A DNA stretch of 64,000 nt from IMG/VR virus record IMGVR_UViG_3300043013_000026, positions 1 through 64,000 of that record. One strand, given 5' to 3'. Made by a program: the position numbers and the translations under genes. Origin of the DNA: a virus. Lineage: Duplodnaviria; Caudoviricetes. The notes under the pieces are model-generated. The model was not told the DNA's origin, searched no databases, and was given only the letters and a program-made list of their open reading frames with translations. Shown here piece by piece: positions 18,509-27,703 of this stretch (its first letter is position 1; every line of letters begins with the position of its first letter).

Positions 18509-18958
18509 ATGATTATCAATAACGTCGCATACTCATGGGCAATGGTACAGCTCACCGCTCCTGCGTTGACCGGTTCTGCTAATGCCAACCCCACAATTCT
18601 TCAAGGTGTTACCGCTATCAAGTGGAATATCAAGAAGAAGGTTGAGTCTAACTATGGTCTGGGCGGTGAACCTGTGAATCGTGGCTTCGGTAATACCGAG
18701 TACACGGCACAGATTACAATGGACTATAACACTCAGGTTCAGCTTCGCGCATTGAAAGGTTCGCTTATGAACTTGGGCGAGTTTGACCTCGTAGTTTCAT
18801 TCGCCAATGAGTTCAATACTCAGGACTTCTCAACCGAGACTGTAACATTGAAGGGTTGCCTCTTTAACGAGGACGGTATGGAGGTATCTCAGGACGATAC
18901 CAACATCACTAAGGAGTTTGAACTCAACCCGTTCAAGATTGTCCCCAGCACTAAATAA
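18509..18958 (+). CDS. Tail tube protein
   Basis: INNVAYSWA...NYGLGGEPVNRGFG; 149 aa after sheath. Confidence 0.8.
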   Translation: MIINNVAYSWAMVQLTAPALTGSANANPTILQGVTAIKWNIKKKVESNYGLGGEPVNRGFGNTEYTAQITMDYNTQVQLRALKGSLMNLGEFDLVVSFANEFNTQDFSTETVTLKGCLFNEDGMEVSQDDTNITKEFELNPFKIVPSTK

Positions 18959-18988
18959 CTTCTTCCATAGAGTTTATTAGAGTGAACG

Positions 18989-19025
18989 GTGCGGCATCGG
19001 TTAATTCCGGTGCCGCATTTTCTTT
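18989..19025 (+). terminator. Intrinsic terminator after tube gene
   Basis: GTGCGGCATCGG / CCGGTGCCGCAT stem plus T run. Confidence 0.75.
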
Positions 19026-19032
19026 ACCATAT

Positions 19033-19075
19033 TTTCACCTCATCGTTCTTTAATCCCTCTATTCTTGAGTGAAAG
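19033..19075 (+). promoter_or_regulatory. Candidate late promoter (copy 3)
   Basis: TTTCACC-19nt-CTATTCT...AAAG right after a terminator. Confidence 0.6.
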
Positions 19076-19098
19076 TAAACTTTAATATATTCAACAAA

Positions 19099-19497
19099 AT
19101 GGAAGATAAGGAAAATCTTGAGACCGTAGAGCAGGAAGATGCTCTTGATCCGAAATTGCAAGCAACCATCGAAAAGAAGGTTGCCGACCTAAAAGAAGCC
19201 AATCCCAAGGCTAAGGTTTACCCCTTGCTCGTATTTGGCGAGGGTGACGATGAGAAAGAGGTTTATGTAGGCTACTTCACCCAGCCTTCATTCCCCACCT
19301 TCTCGAAGTACATGACATTCGCACAGAAAGACCAAGTGTCGGCTATGCGTCAGCTCGCTAAGGACTGTTTCCTCGACGGTGACAAGGAACTTATCGACGA
19401 TGACTCACTGTTCCTGTTCGGTCTTATGGGCCAGCTTCAGCACATCATTAAAATGCGCGGTGGCCGTGTCATAAATTTATCGAAACCTGGGAAGTAA
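19099..19497 (+). CDS. Tail assembly chaperone (gpG-equivalent)
   Basis: Between tube and tape measure; likely start MEDKEN at 19099. Confidence 0.75.
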   Translation: MEDKENLETVEQEDALDPKLQATIEKKVADLKEANPKAKVYPLLVFGEGDDEKEVYVGYFTQPSFPTFSKYMTFAQKDQVSAMRQLAKDCFLDGDKELIDDDSLFLFGLMGQLQHIIKMRGGRVINLSKPGK

Positions 19498-19664
19498 AAG
19501 AGGATGATTACTTTCGTCAAAAGATAATTTTCCTAAGACATTACTTTCCGGGAGTCAATATTGAAGACCTCGACGACGAAGATTTTGCCATTCTCGTTAA
19601 CGACGCTGAGTGGATGCACAGTCAAATGGTCATCACGCGACAGGCAAGTGCTTTAGGTCTATAA
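19473..19664 (+). CDS. Frameshifted chaperone extension (gpT-equivalent), not in ORF track
   Basis: In-phase A AAT TTA (19473-19479); -1 frame reads IETWEVKEDDYFRQKIIFLRHYFPG...ALGL* to TAA 19662-19664. Confidence 0.8.
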   Translation, partial: KFIETWEVKEDDYFRQKIIFLRHYFPGVNIEDLDDEDFAILVNDAEWMHSQMVITRQASALGL

Positions 19665-19681
19665 CTTATAACTCGTTGATG

Positions 19682-19713
19682 CCCCCAGTTGCCAAATTCT
19701 GTGCAGCTGGGGG
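19682..19713 (+). terminator. Hairpin / probable terminator after chaperone
   Basis: CCCCCAGTTGC / GCAGCTGGGGG. Confidence 0.55.
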
Positions 19714-19718
19714 TTATC

Positions 19719-19760
19719 TTTAACCGAGTAATTCCTCGTATCTCTATTCTTTGTAAAAAG
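19719..19760 (+). promoter_or_regulatory. Candidate late promoter (copy 4)
   Basis: TTTAACC-18nt-CTATTCT...AAAG upstream of tape measure ATG. Confidence 0.6.
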
Positions 19761-19773
19761 ACTCATACAAATT

Positions 19774-22700
19774 ATGGCTGGACAAACATATCAAGTCAAT
19801 TATATAGTCAACGTTGATGCGACGACTGCCTCAAACGCGATTAATGCGTTTAAGCGGACGCTGATGTCAATGGATAAGGCTACGAAACCGCTTGTAGATT
19901 TGCAAGCCAAAACTCGTGGTCTTATAGAGACACTTGGTGTCTTGGCTAATAAACCATATACTGTTAAGGTAGATACTCGCCCTGCCACTCAGAAGATTGG
20001 TAAACTTGTACGCTCTCTGCAAATGGTTAGAGGCGAACTGGAGCGAATCAATGCAATGGGCATTTATCTTGGCGGTGCGACCGTAAAGGGCAAAGGTAGT
20101 AAGCGAGCCGCTGCAAGAGGCGGTGGAAGTTCTGCTGCCCCCGCTGTTGCACCGGCTCCTGCTGCTCCGTCTCGTTCTCGCACATCAACGAGAGCCGCTG
20201 CTACACGCACCACTCGTACCGCTCCAAGAAGTATATTTCCCAGTGCTGCTAATACCACAAACCTTGGATATAAGTTGTGGGGCCCTACGCCGCTCCCTAA
20301 CAATGGAGGTATGGCGATTGATATGCTGAAGGGTATGGGCATCGCTTATGGAATTGCCGGAATGGGCACGCTTATTTCAAATGTAGTAGATCAGGCTGTC
20401 GAATACGATAACGTGATGAAGACCGTTGAAAATATCCTTAAATCGCATGATACGGATGAGGATTTCACTGGTCGTTTTGCTAACATGAGTGCTGTCATCC
20501 GAAATGTTGGAATGGAGACTAAGTTCAAGGTTACTGAAGTTGCTGATGCCGCTAAGTTCTTGGCAATGGCTGGTTTTGACGTTGAGTCTATCAAGCAGTC
20601 CATCAGACCTATTGCCGATATTGCGCTTGTTGGCGACACTGATTTAGGTCAGACTGCCGATTTGGTAACGAACATTATGACCGCTTACAATATCGCACCT
20701 CAAAAAATGCGTAACGCAGCGGATGTGATGACGAATACATTCACCATGTCTAATACCACTTTGACAGAGATTGCTGAGGCTTATAAGTATGCAGCATCTC
20801 TGTTATCAGCTGGTGACGTTCCTTTTGAGGAGGCGACATCGGCTATCGGTGTGTTAGGCGATGCCGGTATTAAGGGCTCTCAAGCTGGTACAACTTTGCG
20901 TACCATCATGGCCAATATTGTGAATCCAACTAAGAAGCAGCAGAAGGCGTGGGATGCGATAGGTATTAGTCGATTTAAATCTGACGGTTCAAGAAAGGGG
21001 CTGCTTGAAATTTTCAAGGAGCTTAATAACGCCAATCTTGACGTTGCATCATATTATCAATTATTCCATAAGACAGCCGCTTCAGGCGCTGTTGCATTGT
21101 CGAGTCATGTTGGTAAGTGGGAAGATGTATATTTAGAGAACTATTTGTCTAAAGGGCTGTCTTCTTCACTTGCTGACGAGAAAAAGAATACACTTCAGGG
21201 TCTGTGGGCACAATTAACATCTGTGTTCACAGATAAGGGTGTTACAGCTTTTAGCGGAATACAAGGGCAGCTGCGCAACTTAATGAGCAGTGCTATAGAC
21301 TGGTTAAAATCAGATCAGGCTACTGCTGCATTTAAGCGCGTATCTGACACCATGATGGAATTTGTCCATGTGATGATTGACGCTTCAAAATGGTTTGTAT
21401 GGTTCTTTGATAAGTTCGGTGGGGTCATTAAAGCATGGGCTAAGTTTCAGTTAATGATTTGGCCGGTTGTCAAGGGCGTTACAGCATTTAGAAGTATTAT
21501 GCTTGCTCTCTTGGGCATCAAGAAAGTTGGCTATATGATTACTGGTATTGCTAACTCCTTCCAGCTGCTTGGCAGGTCTGCGTCGATCGCCGGCACAAGA
21601 GCTGCAAAAGCTATGGGTGGATTAACAGCTACCACAGTTGCACCAGGTGTTGTAAGATATAATGGGCCTATTTCATGGGCTCCTGGATTTTCAAGTAATA
21701 CGATGGATGCTTTGCGTAGAGGCTCGTTCCAGATTGGCGGTAAGACCATTTGGAAATTTGGCGCTCCTGTAAGTAGCATACCTCGTCCACACTATGATGC
21801 TGCATTGTCCGCTGAAGAAAACGCTGCTGCTCTTGCTAATTACAAGAAACGCTATGGTGGTAAAATGGGTAAGCGTATGGCTTTGAACCAAGTTGGTAGC
21901 ATGGCTGGAAACCTTGTTGGTAGTGCGGCGATGATGTATGGTTTGTCGAAGGTTGCTGACGCTGATAACGGTTGGGATACTGCATCTGGTGCATTGTTTG
22001 GTGTGGCCGGTGCAGCTGCTATGATGGGTGGCCCTATTGGATGGGGCGTAGCTGGCGTAGCTGCTGCTTTAGGAGGTCTCGCGGCATTACGTAGTAGCTG
22101 GGTTGAGTCGAAAAAAATATATGGCGAAATGCAAGACTTTGCTCAGCAGAATGTTATCAAGAATGGTACGATTGCTAATTCAGAAAACACTATTATGCAG
22201 TATCTGGAGCAGCAATATACCAAACATAAAGATATAAACGACCTTGTTGAAAAGCGTATTGAGTTAACTGCTCAGCTTCTTGGTTTGCAGACTGGAGAAA
22301 ACCCGATGGAAGCCTCTACCGGTGTGTTCAAAGAGTTGATGGATAAGACTGATGACATGTGGAGCGGTAAGCAGCTTGATAGTTTTAATAGCATATATCA
22401 AGACAAGTTTGGCTCAAATTTGCATCTTGTTAATTTTGGCGGTGCTTATTATTTGACAACTGCTGACAATGTTAAAGGCAGCTATGTGTCAAACGGTAAG
22501 GGCGGGTCTGTATATACTGTAACTGGAGAAAATGGCGAAGAAGTTATTAGAGCAGGTAATGGAACTACTAATGGATTAAAAGCAGCATGGGCAAGTGCAG
22601 CTGCAACAGCGGAATTAATGGCTCCTGGTGGCTATTATGAAAAGTTGGTTGCCAATATGCGCATGAATGTTGCTAAGATGGGTTATAGAGGCGCTTCGAC

Positions 22701-24081
22701 TGCTGAGTTCAATGATTATATCAATTCAATCATTCATTCAAACGCCCCCCAATATCTCCAGAACCTCGTATCTCTCAGTGATATTAAAGACACTGATTGG
22801 GATATGGCTCGTATGCTTCTTGATGAGCAGACACGTAAATATATGTGGACTCAGCTGCAAGCTATATTGGAGCCGATGCAAGAGGCATTTACCAGCTTTA
22901 GAAATGAAGTTGATTCAAACACATTGACCGCATCCACATTAGCGAATTATTTACGCTTTGTTATTGGAGATCAGCCAGGTCTCAACATGAAAGACTATGA
23001 CCCCAATAATATAGCAGAATGGTATTCGCATTACGGTTTCAAAGACGGAACATTCACTTGGCTTGATATTAAAGATGAAAAGACAGGTGAAACGAAGCAC
23101 TACGATGCACAACAAGCTGCTCAGATGGCTGCTTCAAACATGCAGTCAGTTATTGATGCGGTTCAAAAATCAGGTGCTGCCGCCGAACCTGCTGGTGCAG
23201 CGTTGATTGGCTTCTGTCAGACATTGCTTACTCAAGCGCAAGCATTTATGGGCGCTTCTGACGAGTTAATAGATGTTGCTCAGAACCAAGAAATAACTTT
23301 GAATGGTCAGCTATATCGCTGGAATGAACTTTCTCAGCTATACGAGGCTATTGATGAGAATGGCAATTTGGTGATGTTGCAAACCCAGATGACTGGCTTA
23401 GGCAACTCTATTATGGGGTTGAGTGGAGCGTTAGGGCAAGACTGGAACAGTACATTCTCAGGCTTGACTAATAATTTGTTCAATCTTGGCAATTTGGCGC
23501 TTGGCTGGCCAAGGTGGGGGTCATATTTGCCATCTCCTTCATATACAGGTGATGGTGGTGTTACCGGTGGCGTAGGTGCGACTGGTGGCATTGGCATCAC
23601 ACCGTTGAGCGGAGACTTTAACTTTGGCACAACGCCTGTGTTCTCCTTGGGTCAAAACAATTCTTGGCTCAACACAAGGACAAATCCGTTGACTGCTGCC
23701 TTTAATAGGTCAATGAACAATATGAAACCTAACACTTTGAGTTTGCAAGGTGCCAGCAATATCGTTTCATTAGGTGGCGGTCACGTAAAAGGTTGGAAGG
23801 GCAGAAACTTCAACACCGGCGATAATGATGACATAGATCACAACGGAACTGGTAATGGTCATGGCACTAATACTTCAGACTACAAGTCTCACCAGACCAA
23901 CCGTGCTATACCAAAGCAAATCAACATCAATATCCAAAACTTGATGAATGTTGATTCAATCGACTTGACTAAGGGCGAGAATGTCGCAATAATCGAAAGA
24001 GTTAAACGAGAGGTAGCTTATGCACTCTATGAGGCCGCCGCTGACGGAACCATGATGCTGAACGACCTCGCAACTTCATAA
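19774..24081 (+). CDS. Tape measure protein (TP901-type core)
   Basis: TKFKVTEVADAAKFLAMAG, AGIKGSQAGTTLR motifs; 1435 aa; after chaperones. Confidence 0.9.
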   Translation: MAGQTYQVNYIVNVDATTASNAINAFKRTLMSMDKATKPLVDLQAKTRGLIETLGVLANKPYTVKVDTRPATQKIGKLVRSLQMVRGELERINAMGIYLGGATVKGKGSKRAAARGGGSSAAPAVAPAPAAPSRSRTSTRAAATRTTRTAPRSIFPSAANTTNLGYKLWGPTPLPNNGGMAIDMLKGMGIAYGIAGMGTLISNVVDQAVEYDNVMKTVENILKSHDTDEDFTGRFANMSAVIRNVGMETKFKVTEVADAAKFLAMAGFDVESIKQSIRPIADIALVGDTDLGQTADLVTNIMTAYNIAPQKMRNAADVMTNTFTMSNTTLTEIAEAYKYAASLLSAGDVPFEEATSAIGVLGDAGIKGSQAGTTLRTIMANIVNPTKKQQKAWDAIGISRFKSDGSRKGLLEIFKELNNANLDVASYYQLFHKTAASGAVALSSHVGKWEDVYLENYLSKGLSSSLADEKKNTLQGLWAQLTSVFTDKGVTAFSGIQGQLRNLMSSAIDWLKSDQATAAFKRVSDTMMEFVHVMIDASKWFVWFFDKFGGVIKAWAKFQLMIWPVVKGVTAFRSIMLALLGIKKVGYMITGIANSFQLLGRSASIAGTRAAKAMGGLTATTVAPGVVRYNGPISWAPGFSSNTMDALRRGSFQIGGKTIWKFGAPVSSIPRPHYDAALSAEENAAALANYKKRYGGKMGKRMALNQVGSMAGNLVGSAAMMYGLSKVADADNGWDTASGALFGVAGAAAMMGGPIGWGVAGVAAALGGLAALRSSWVESKKIYGEMQDFAQQNVIKNGTIANSENTIMQYLEQQYTKHKDINDLVEKRIELTAQLLGLQTGENPMEASTGVFKELMDKTDDMWSGKQLDSFNSIYQDKFGSNLHLVNFGGAYYLTTADNVKGSYVSNGKGGSVYTVTGENGEEVIRAGNGTTNGLKAAWASAAATAELMAPGGYYEKLVANMRMNVAKMGYRGASTAEFNDYINSIIHSNAPQYLQNLVSLSDIKDTDWDMARMLLDEQTRKYMWTQLQAILEPMQEAFTSFRNEVDSNTLTASTLANYLRFVIGDQPGLNMKDYDPNNIAEWYSHYGFKDGTFTWLDIKDEKTGETKHYDAQQAAQMAASNMQSVIDAVQKSGAAAEPAGAALIGFCQTLLTQAQAFMGASDELIDVAQNQEITLNGQLYRWNELSQLYEAIDENGNLVMLQTQMTGLGNSIMGLSGALGQDWNSTFSGLTNNLFNLGNLALGWPRWGSYLPSPSYTGDGGVTGGVGATGGIGITPLSGDFNFGTTPVFSLGQNNSWLNTRTNPLTAAFNRSMNNMKPNTLSLQGASNIVSLGGGHVKGWKGRNFNTGDNDDIDHNGTGNGHGTNTSDYKSHQTNRAIPKQININIQNLMNVDSIDLTKGENVAIIERVKREVAYALYEAAADGTMMLNDLATS

Positions 24082-24085
24082 TAAA

Positions 24086-25198
24086 ATGAGTTATTTCGGA
24101 GGAGTGTGGTCTAATTTAGCTTTCAATGCAGGCAATACAACCACACAATTTGTCAGTAGCCTCAACTGGCGGTATCAACAAAAGACCGGGAGCTTACAAT
24201 ACGTTTCCCAGTCTGCATATAAGAGCGTCTTGGTACATATTGCCAAGCAGCTTGCTATATCTACTTTGGAAGGGGAGCTTAATTCTCTCCTCCCAAAGTA
24301 TCAGAAGCATGTGGCAAAGCAACAAGTAGAAGCGGCACGTAAAGCTCAAGAAGCTAATCGTCAAGTGCTTATTGATAACGGAGCTAAATCTACTGAAGGC
24401 TTTGGCAGCATAACTTGTCAGGGTGGTCATAAATTGATTGCGAAAACTAAATATGGCACTCCAGTTCCTGAAGCGCTAATTCTTTCGTATGACGGTGAGG
24501 AAACATTGCATTATGTTGATACAGTATGGGGCAATGAAACAGAGTCTTATACGATAAAAAAGAAATCTACGCTTGAGAAACTGTGGAACCCTGGCAATGA
24601 AATAGAGCATACCGCTAAAACGCACAGCGATGATCCATTTGATACTACAACTGTATTTCATATTGACCTTGCGCCAACTGTGTCCATGAACAGTAGCAAA
24701 AATGTTGTTCTTACTCAGGTTCAAGGGCGAGATTATACTCGTAAGGAACTTGTGTCAGGAGGAGATTTGAAATACAATGTGAGTGGTTCTATCGTATCTG
24801 ATGAAGAGGGTGTGTATCCAACTGAAGCTGTGAAACGGTTCTTGAAAATTATGCAATATCAAGGTATTGTCAAAGTTAATTGCTATGCGTTTGGTGTTCT
24901 TGGTGTAACTCAAATCATTATTCAGGATTTTTCATTGGACTCCCCACAATATAAGAACATTCAGCCATATAGCTTTTCATGCGTTGCGGTTGAGCCTAAT
25001 GATGCAATTAAATTGAGCGGTGACACTATCTCCGTAATAAACGATGTTATCTCATCGTCAAGTTGGGATACATGGTACACAGCTATTCTTGATAACAAGC
25101 TCGCTCAAATGGCAGCAAGTACCGCTGTAAGTGCGGCTACCAGTGCAGCAGTTTCAGCCGCAGCAGCAGGGCTTGATGAACTTGTACCAAACATTTGA
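24086..25198 (+). CDS. Putative tube-initiator/baseplate protein (DUF6046-like)
   Basis: KNVVLTQVQGRDYTRKELVSGGD...YP motif; after tape measure. Confidence 0.6.
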   Translation: MSYFGGVWSNLAFNAGNTTTQFVSSLNWRYQQKTGSLQYVSQSAYKSVLVHIAKQLAISTLEGELNSLLPKYQKHVAKQQVEAARKAQEANRQVLIDNGAKSTEGFGSITCQGGHKLIAKTKYGTPVPEALILSYDGEETLHYVDTVWGNETESYTIKKKSTLEKLWNPGNEIEHTAKTHSDDPFDTTTVFHIDLAPTVSMNSSKNVVLTQVQGRDYTRKELVSGGDLKYNVSGSIVSDEEGVYPTEAVKRFLKIMQYQGIVKVNCYAFGVLGVTQIIIQDFSLDSPQYKNIQPYSFSCVAVEPNDAIKLSGDTISVINDVISSSSWDTWYTAILDNKLAQMAASTAVSAATSAAVSAAAAGLDELVPNI

Positions 25199-25202
25199 TG
25201 CT

Positions 25203-26696
25203 ATGGCAGTTTTCAATACTAATAAGCAACCCGGTTTTCACATTTTGATTTCATTAATTGAAGTGTGGAAACCGCAGGATAAAAAGAAGCCTAACGGAGA
25301 TGTTCAAGGCTCTGTTATGCGTATTTGTGAGGTTGAGCATGTGGAGATCGAGGAGTCTTATAAAAAACTCATCGGTACAGCATCGGTTCGATTTCCTCGT
25401 GGCACTATTCTTCGCAAAACGATTGAAGGGCGTACTGATGAGCAACAGAAAGATTTTGAATCTGTTACTGTAACACTGTCGAATAGCGGTGTAGTTGAAG
25501 AAAATCGTAGTTCAGAAACTTCTACTGTTACCACCAGTACATTTAGTGTAGGTCAGCGTATTAAGATTTATCTTGGGTACACAACAGACCCCAAAGTGGC
25601 TGCAATGGCAAAGACGAACAATACAGGTCAGAAAACAATATATAACGATGAAGAAACTCGTAAGTCTTACCAAAGCAATTTTAAACATAAAAAGGCAGAC
25701 GGCAAAGAGTATATGAGCCTGATGTTTGATGGATATATTACTAAGGTAAGTTTGGACACCCCGATTGAGCTGGAATGTGAAAATCTTGCCAGCTATTTGA
25801 AGACCATTACATGCCCTAAAGTCAAGCTCAAGAAATGTGAAGTCAAAGATTTTATTGGTGAGGATGGGCGATACAAGTTACTCCAGGATACAGGCTTGAT
25901 ATTGCACCCTGACACAGCCAAAATGGATTTTGATTTAGGTGCAGTTGAATTAAGTACTGATTTGACTGTCGCCGATGTGCTTACTGAATGGGCCAAGTAT
26001 GGTTTGTTCTGCTATGTTGGCGATTATAATGGTCAGCCGGCGATTCAGATTGGTAGGGCATATTTTTCTAATCCCGGCAATGATTCTTTGCTCAAAGCAA
26101 AAACGACCCCTACTCCTACGCCAATACATTTTGACTATCATGTGGCGAGCAATGGTCTGTCGCTTACATCTTCAGATAAAGACTTTTTGGCTGTTCAAGC
26201 GAAAGGAATTGATGCTGATGATAAGTTTATCAACATTACCATCATCAAAAACCCTCAGTATGATAGCTCAAAGGAAGAGTCATCCAGCAATCCGGCTTAC
26301 CGTTATGTAAATGAGACTAAGCTGAGCAAGAAGGCATTGAAGGCAGGCAAGCGATATTTAACTGATGCGCCTAACGATAAAGTTGATATGAAGCTTTACA
26401 CTCAGATTGCTTTTGTATCAAAGACCCGACCAATCACTACTGAGAAATTGGCAGAGGAAGCCATCAAGTATTATGAGGGCTATAATATGACCGGCATTGA
26501 AGGCTCGATCACATTGTTTGGTGATTTGCATTTGAGAACAGCTGACCAAGTAGAACTGATAGATACGCGCTATCCTGGCAAAAATGGCATATACTTAGTT
26601 GAGGAAGTCAATACAACTTTTGGAGTAGATGGCTTCCGTCAAAAAATAACATTGCCGTATTGCATTAGTCGTGCCGGCAATAAAACTTCAAACTAA
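25203..26696 (+). CDS. Baseplate hub / gpD-like late control protein
   Basis: IKIYLGY, FDGYIT, IELECEN, GSITLFG, GIYLVEEV...GFRQKITL. Confidence 0.7.
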   Translation: MAVFNTNKQPGFHILISLIEVWKPQDKKKPNGDVQGSVMRICEVEHVEIEESYKKLIGTASVRFPRGTILRKTIEGRTDEQQKDFESVTVTLSNSGVVEENRSSETSTVTTSTFSVGQRIKIYLGYTTDPKVAAMAKTNNTGQKTIYNDEETRKSYQSNFKHKKADGKEYMSLMFDGYITKVSLDTPIELECENLASYLKTITCPKVKLKKCEVKDFIGEDGRYKLLQDTGLILHPDTAKMDFDLGAVELSTDLTVADVLTEWAKYGLFCYVGDYNGQPAIQIGRAYFSNPGNDSLLKAKTTPTPTPIHFDYHVASNGLSLTSSDKDFLAVQAKGIDADDKFINITIIKNPQYDSSKEESSSNPAYRYVNETKLSKKALKAGKRYLTDAPNDKVDMKLYTQIAFVSKTRPITTEKLAEEAIKYYEGYNMTGIEGSITLFGDLHLRTADQVELIDTRYPGKNGIYLVEEVNTTFGVDGFRQKITLPYCISRAGNKTSN

Positions 26697-26708
26697 GGAT
26701 TGTAGAAT

Positions 26709-27701
26709 ATGAGTGACGAAATAAAAAAGCATTTAACTGACCATTCTTCCAATGAGATGATACGCACGGCCATTCGTGCTATCGCTCTAAAGGGAGTAGT
26801 CAATAGCAATACGGGAGCAGTTCGTGGCACTTCCAGGGTCACGGGCTTTGTTGCAAAGGTACATACCGATGAAAGTGACGAACTGTTTGGTACTATTGAT
26901 GTACAGGAATATGCAGACTGGGCAGTTTCAGAAAGCGAGGAGGCTAAGATTGGCTACCATGAAGGTGTCTTACTTACTGCCATCCAGAACGACATAAGTG
27001 GCTATGTGATTATTCCAAAGCTATATTCTGATGTGCTCGTCAGCAAAGACCCGGAAACTGGTAACGAATACGTCACAATGTTCTCTCATGTCGATTGTAT
27101 CCAGCTTGACTCCCACCAAGACATTTCAATCGGTGTTAGGGAGCGTGAGGAGTACAAGCCCGATGACGAGAACGCTCCTGATGTGCATGAGCTTGAGTTG
27201 ACTGGCGTTCAAACTAACACAGCCTACACTAAAGACTCTGTTATTACAACCGTCAATACTGAGAAAGATAAAGACGAGGCTACTGTCACTCACAGCCTTG
27301 GTAAAACCAAAGACGGTGTGCTTGCAAAGACAGATGTTGGAGGAAAGTCAACAGCAACAATGACTACTAAAGACATTGTGCTGGAGCATGATAAGGCTAA
27401 AGCAACACTTGACGACTCTCAGGCTAAGATTGAAATGGGTTCATCCTCAGTCACTGTTAAAGACGGCACGACATACGTAGGCAGTGAAAGTGGAGTTGAT
27501 GACGCTGTATTGGGTCAACAGCTCGCTTCCATACTCTCAGATTTAGTAGGCTATCTCGGACAGATGATGACACCTACTATGATGGGACCTCAACCGCCGG
27601 CCAATGTGCTTGGAAGTTTTATATCGCTGAAGGCTAAAATCTCAGCGTTTGCATCCAGTCACAGTGGTTTCTTAACTAATAAAGTTCAAATTCAGAAATA
27701 A
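26709..27701 (+). CDS. Baseplate spike / gpV-like protein
   Basis: OB-fold-like N-terminus with IIPKLYSDV, beta-rich C-terminus, AVLGQQL. Confidence 0.6.
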   Translation: MSDEIKKHLTDHSSNEMIRTAIRAIALKGVVNSNTGAVRGTSRVTGFVAKVHTDESDELFGTIDVQEYADWAVSESEEAKIGYHEGVLLTAIQNDISGYVIIPKLYSDVLVSKDPETGNEYVTMFSHVDCIQLDSHQDISIGVREREEYKPDDENAPDVHELELTGVQTNTAYTKDSVITTVNTEKDKDEATVTHSLGKTKDGVLAKTDVGGKSTATMTTKDIVLEHDKAKATLDDSQAKIEMGSSSVTVKDGTTYVGSESGVDDAVLGQQLASILSDLVGYLGQMMTPTMMGPQPPANVLGSFISLKAKISAFASSHSGFLTNKVQIQK

Positions 27702-27703
27702 TT

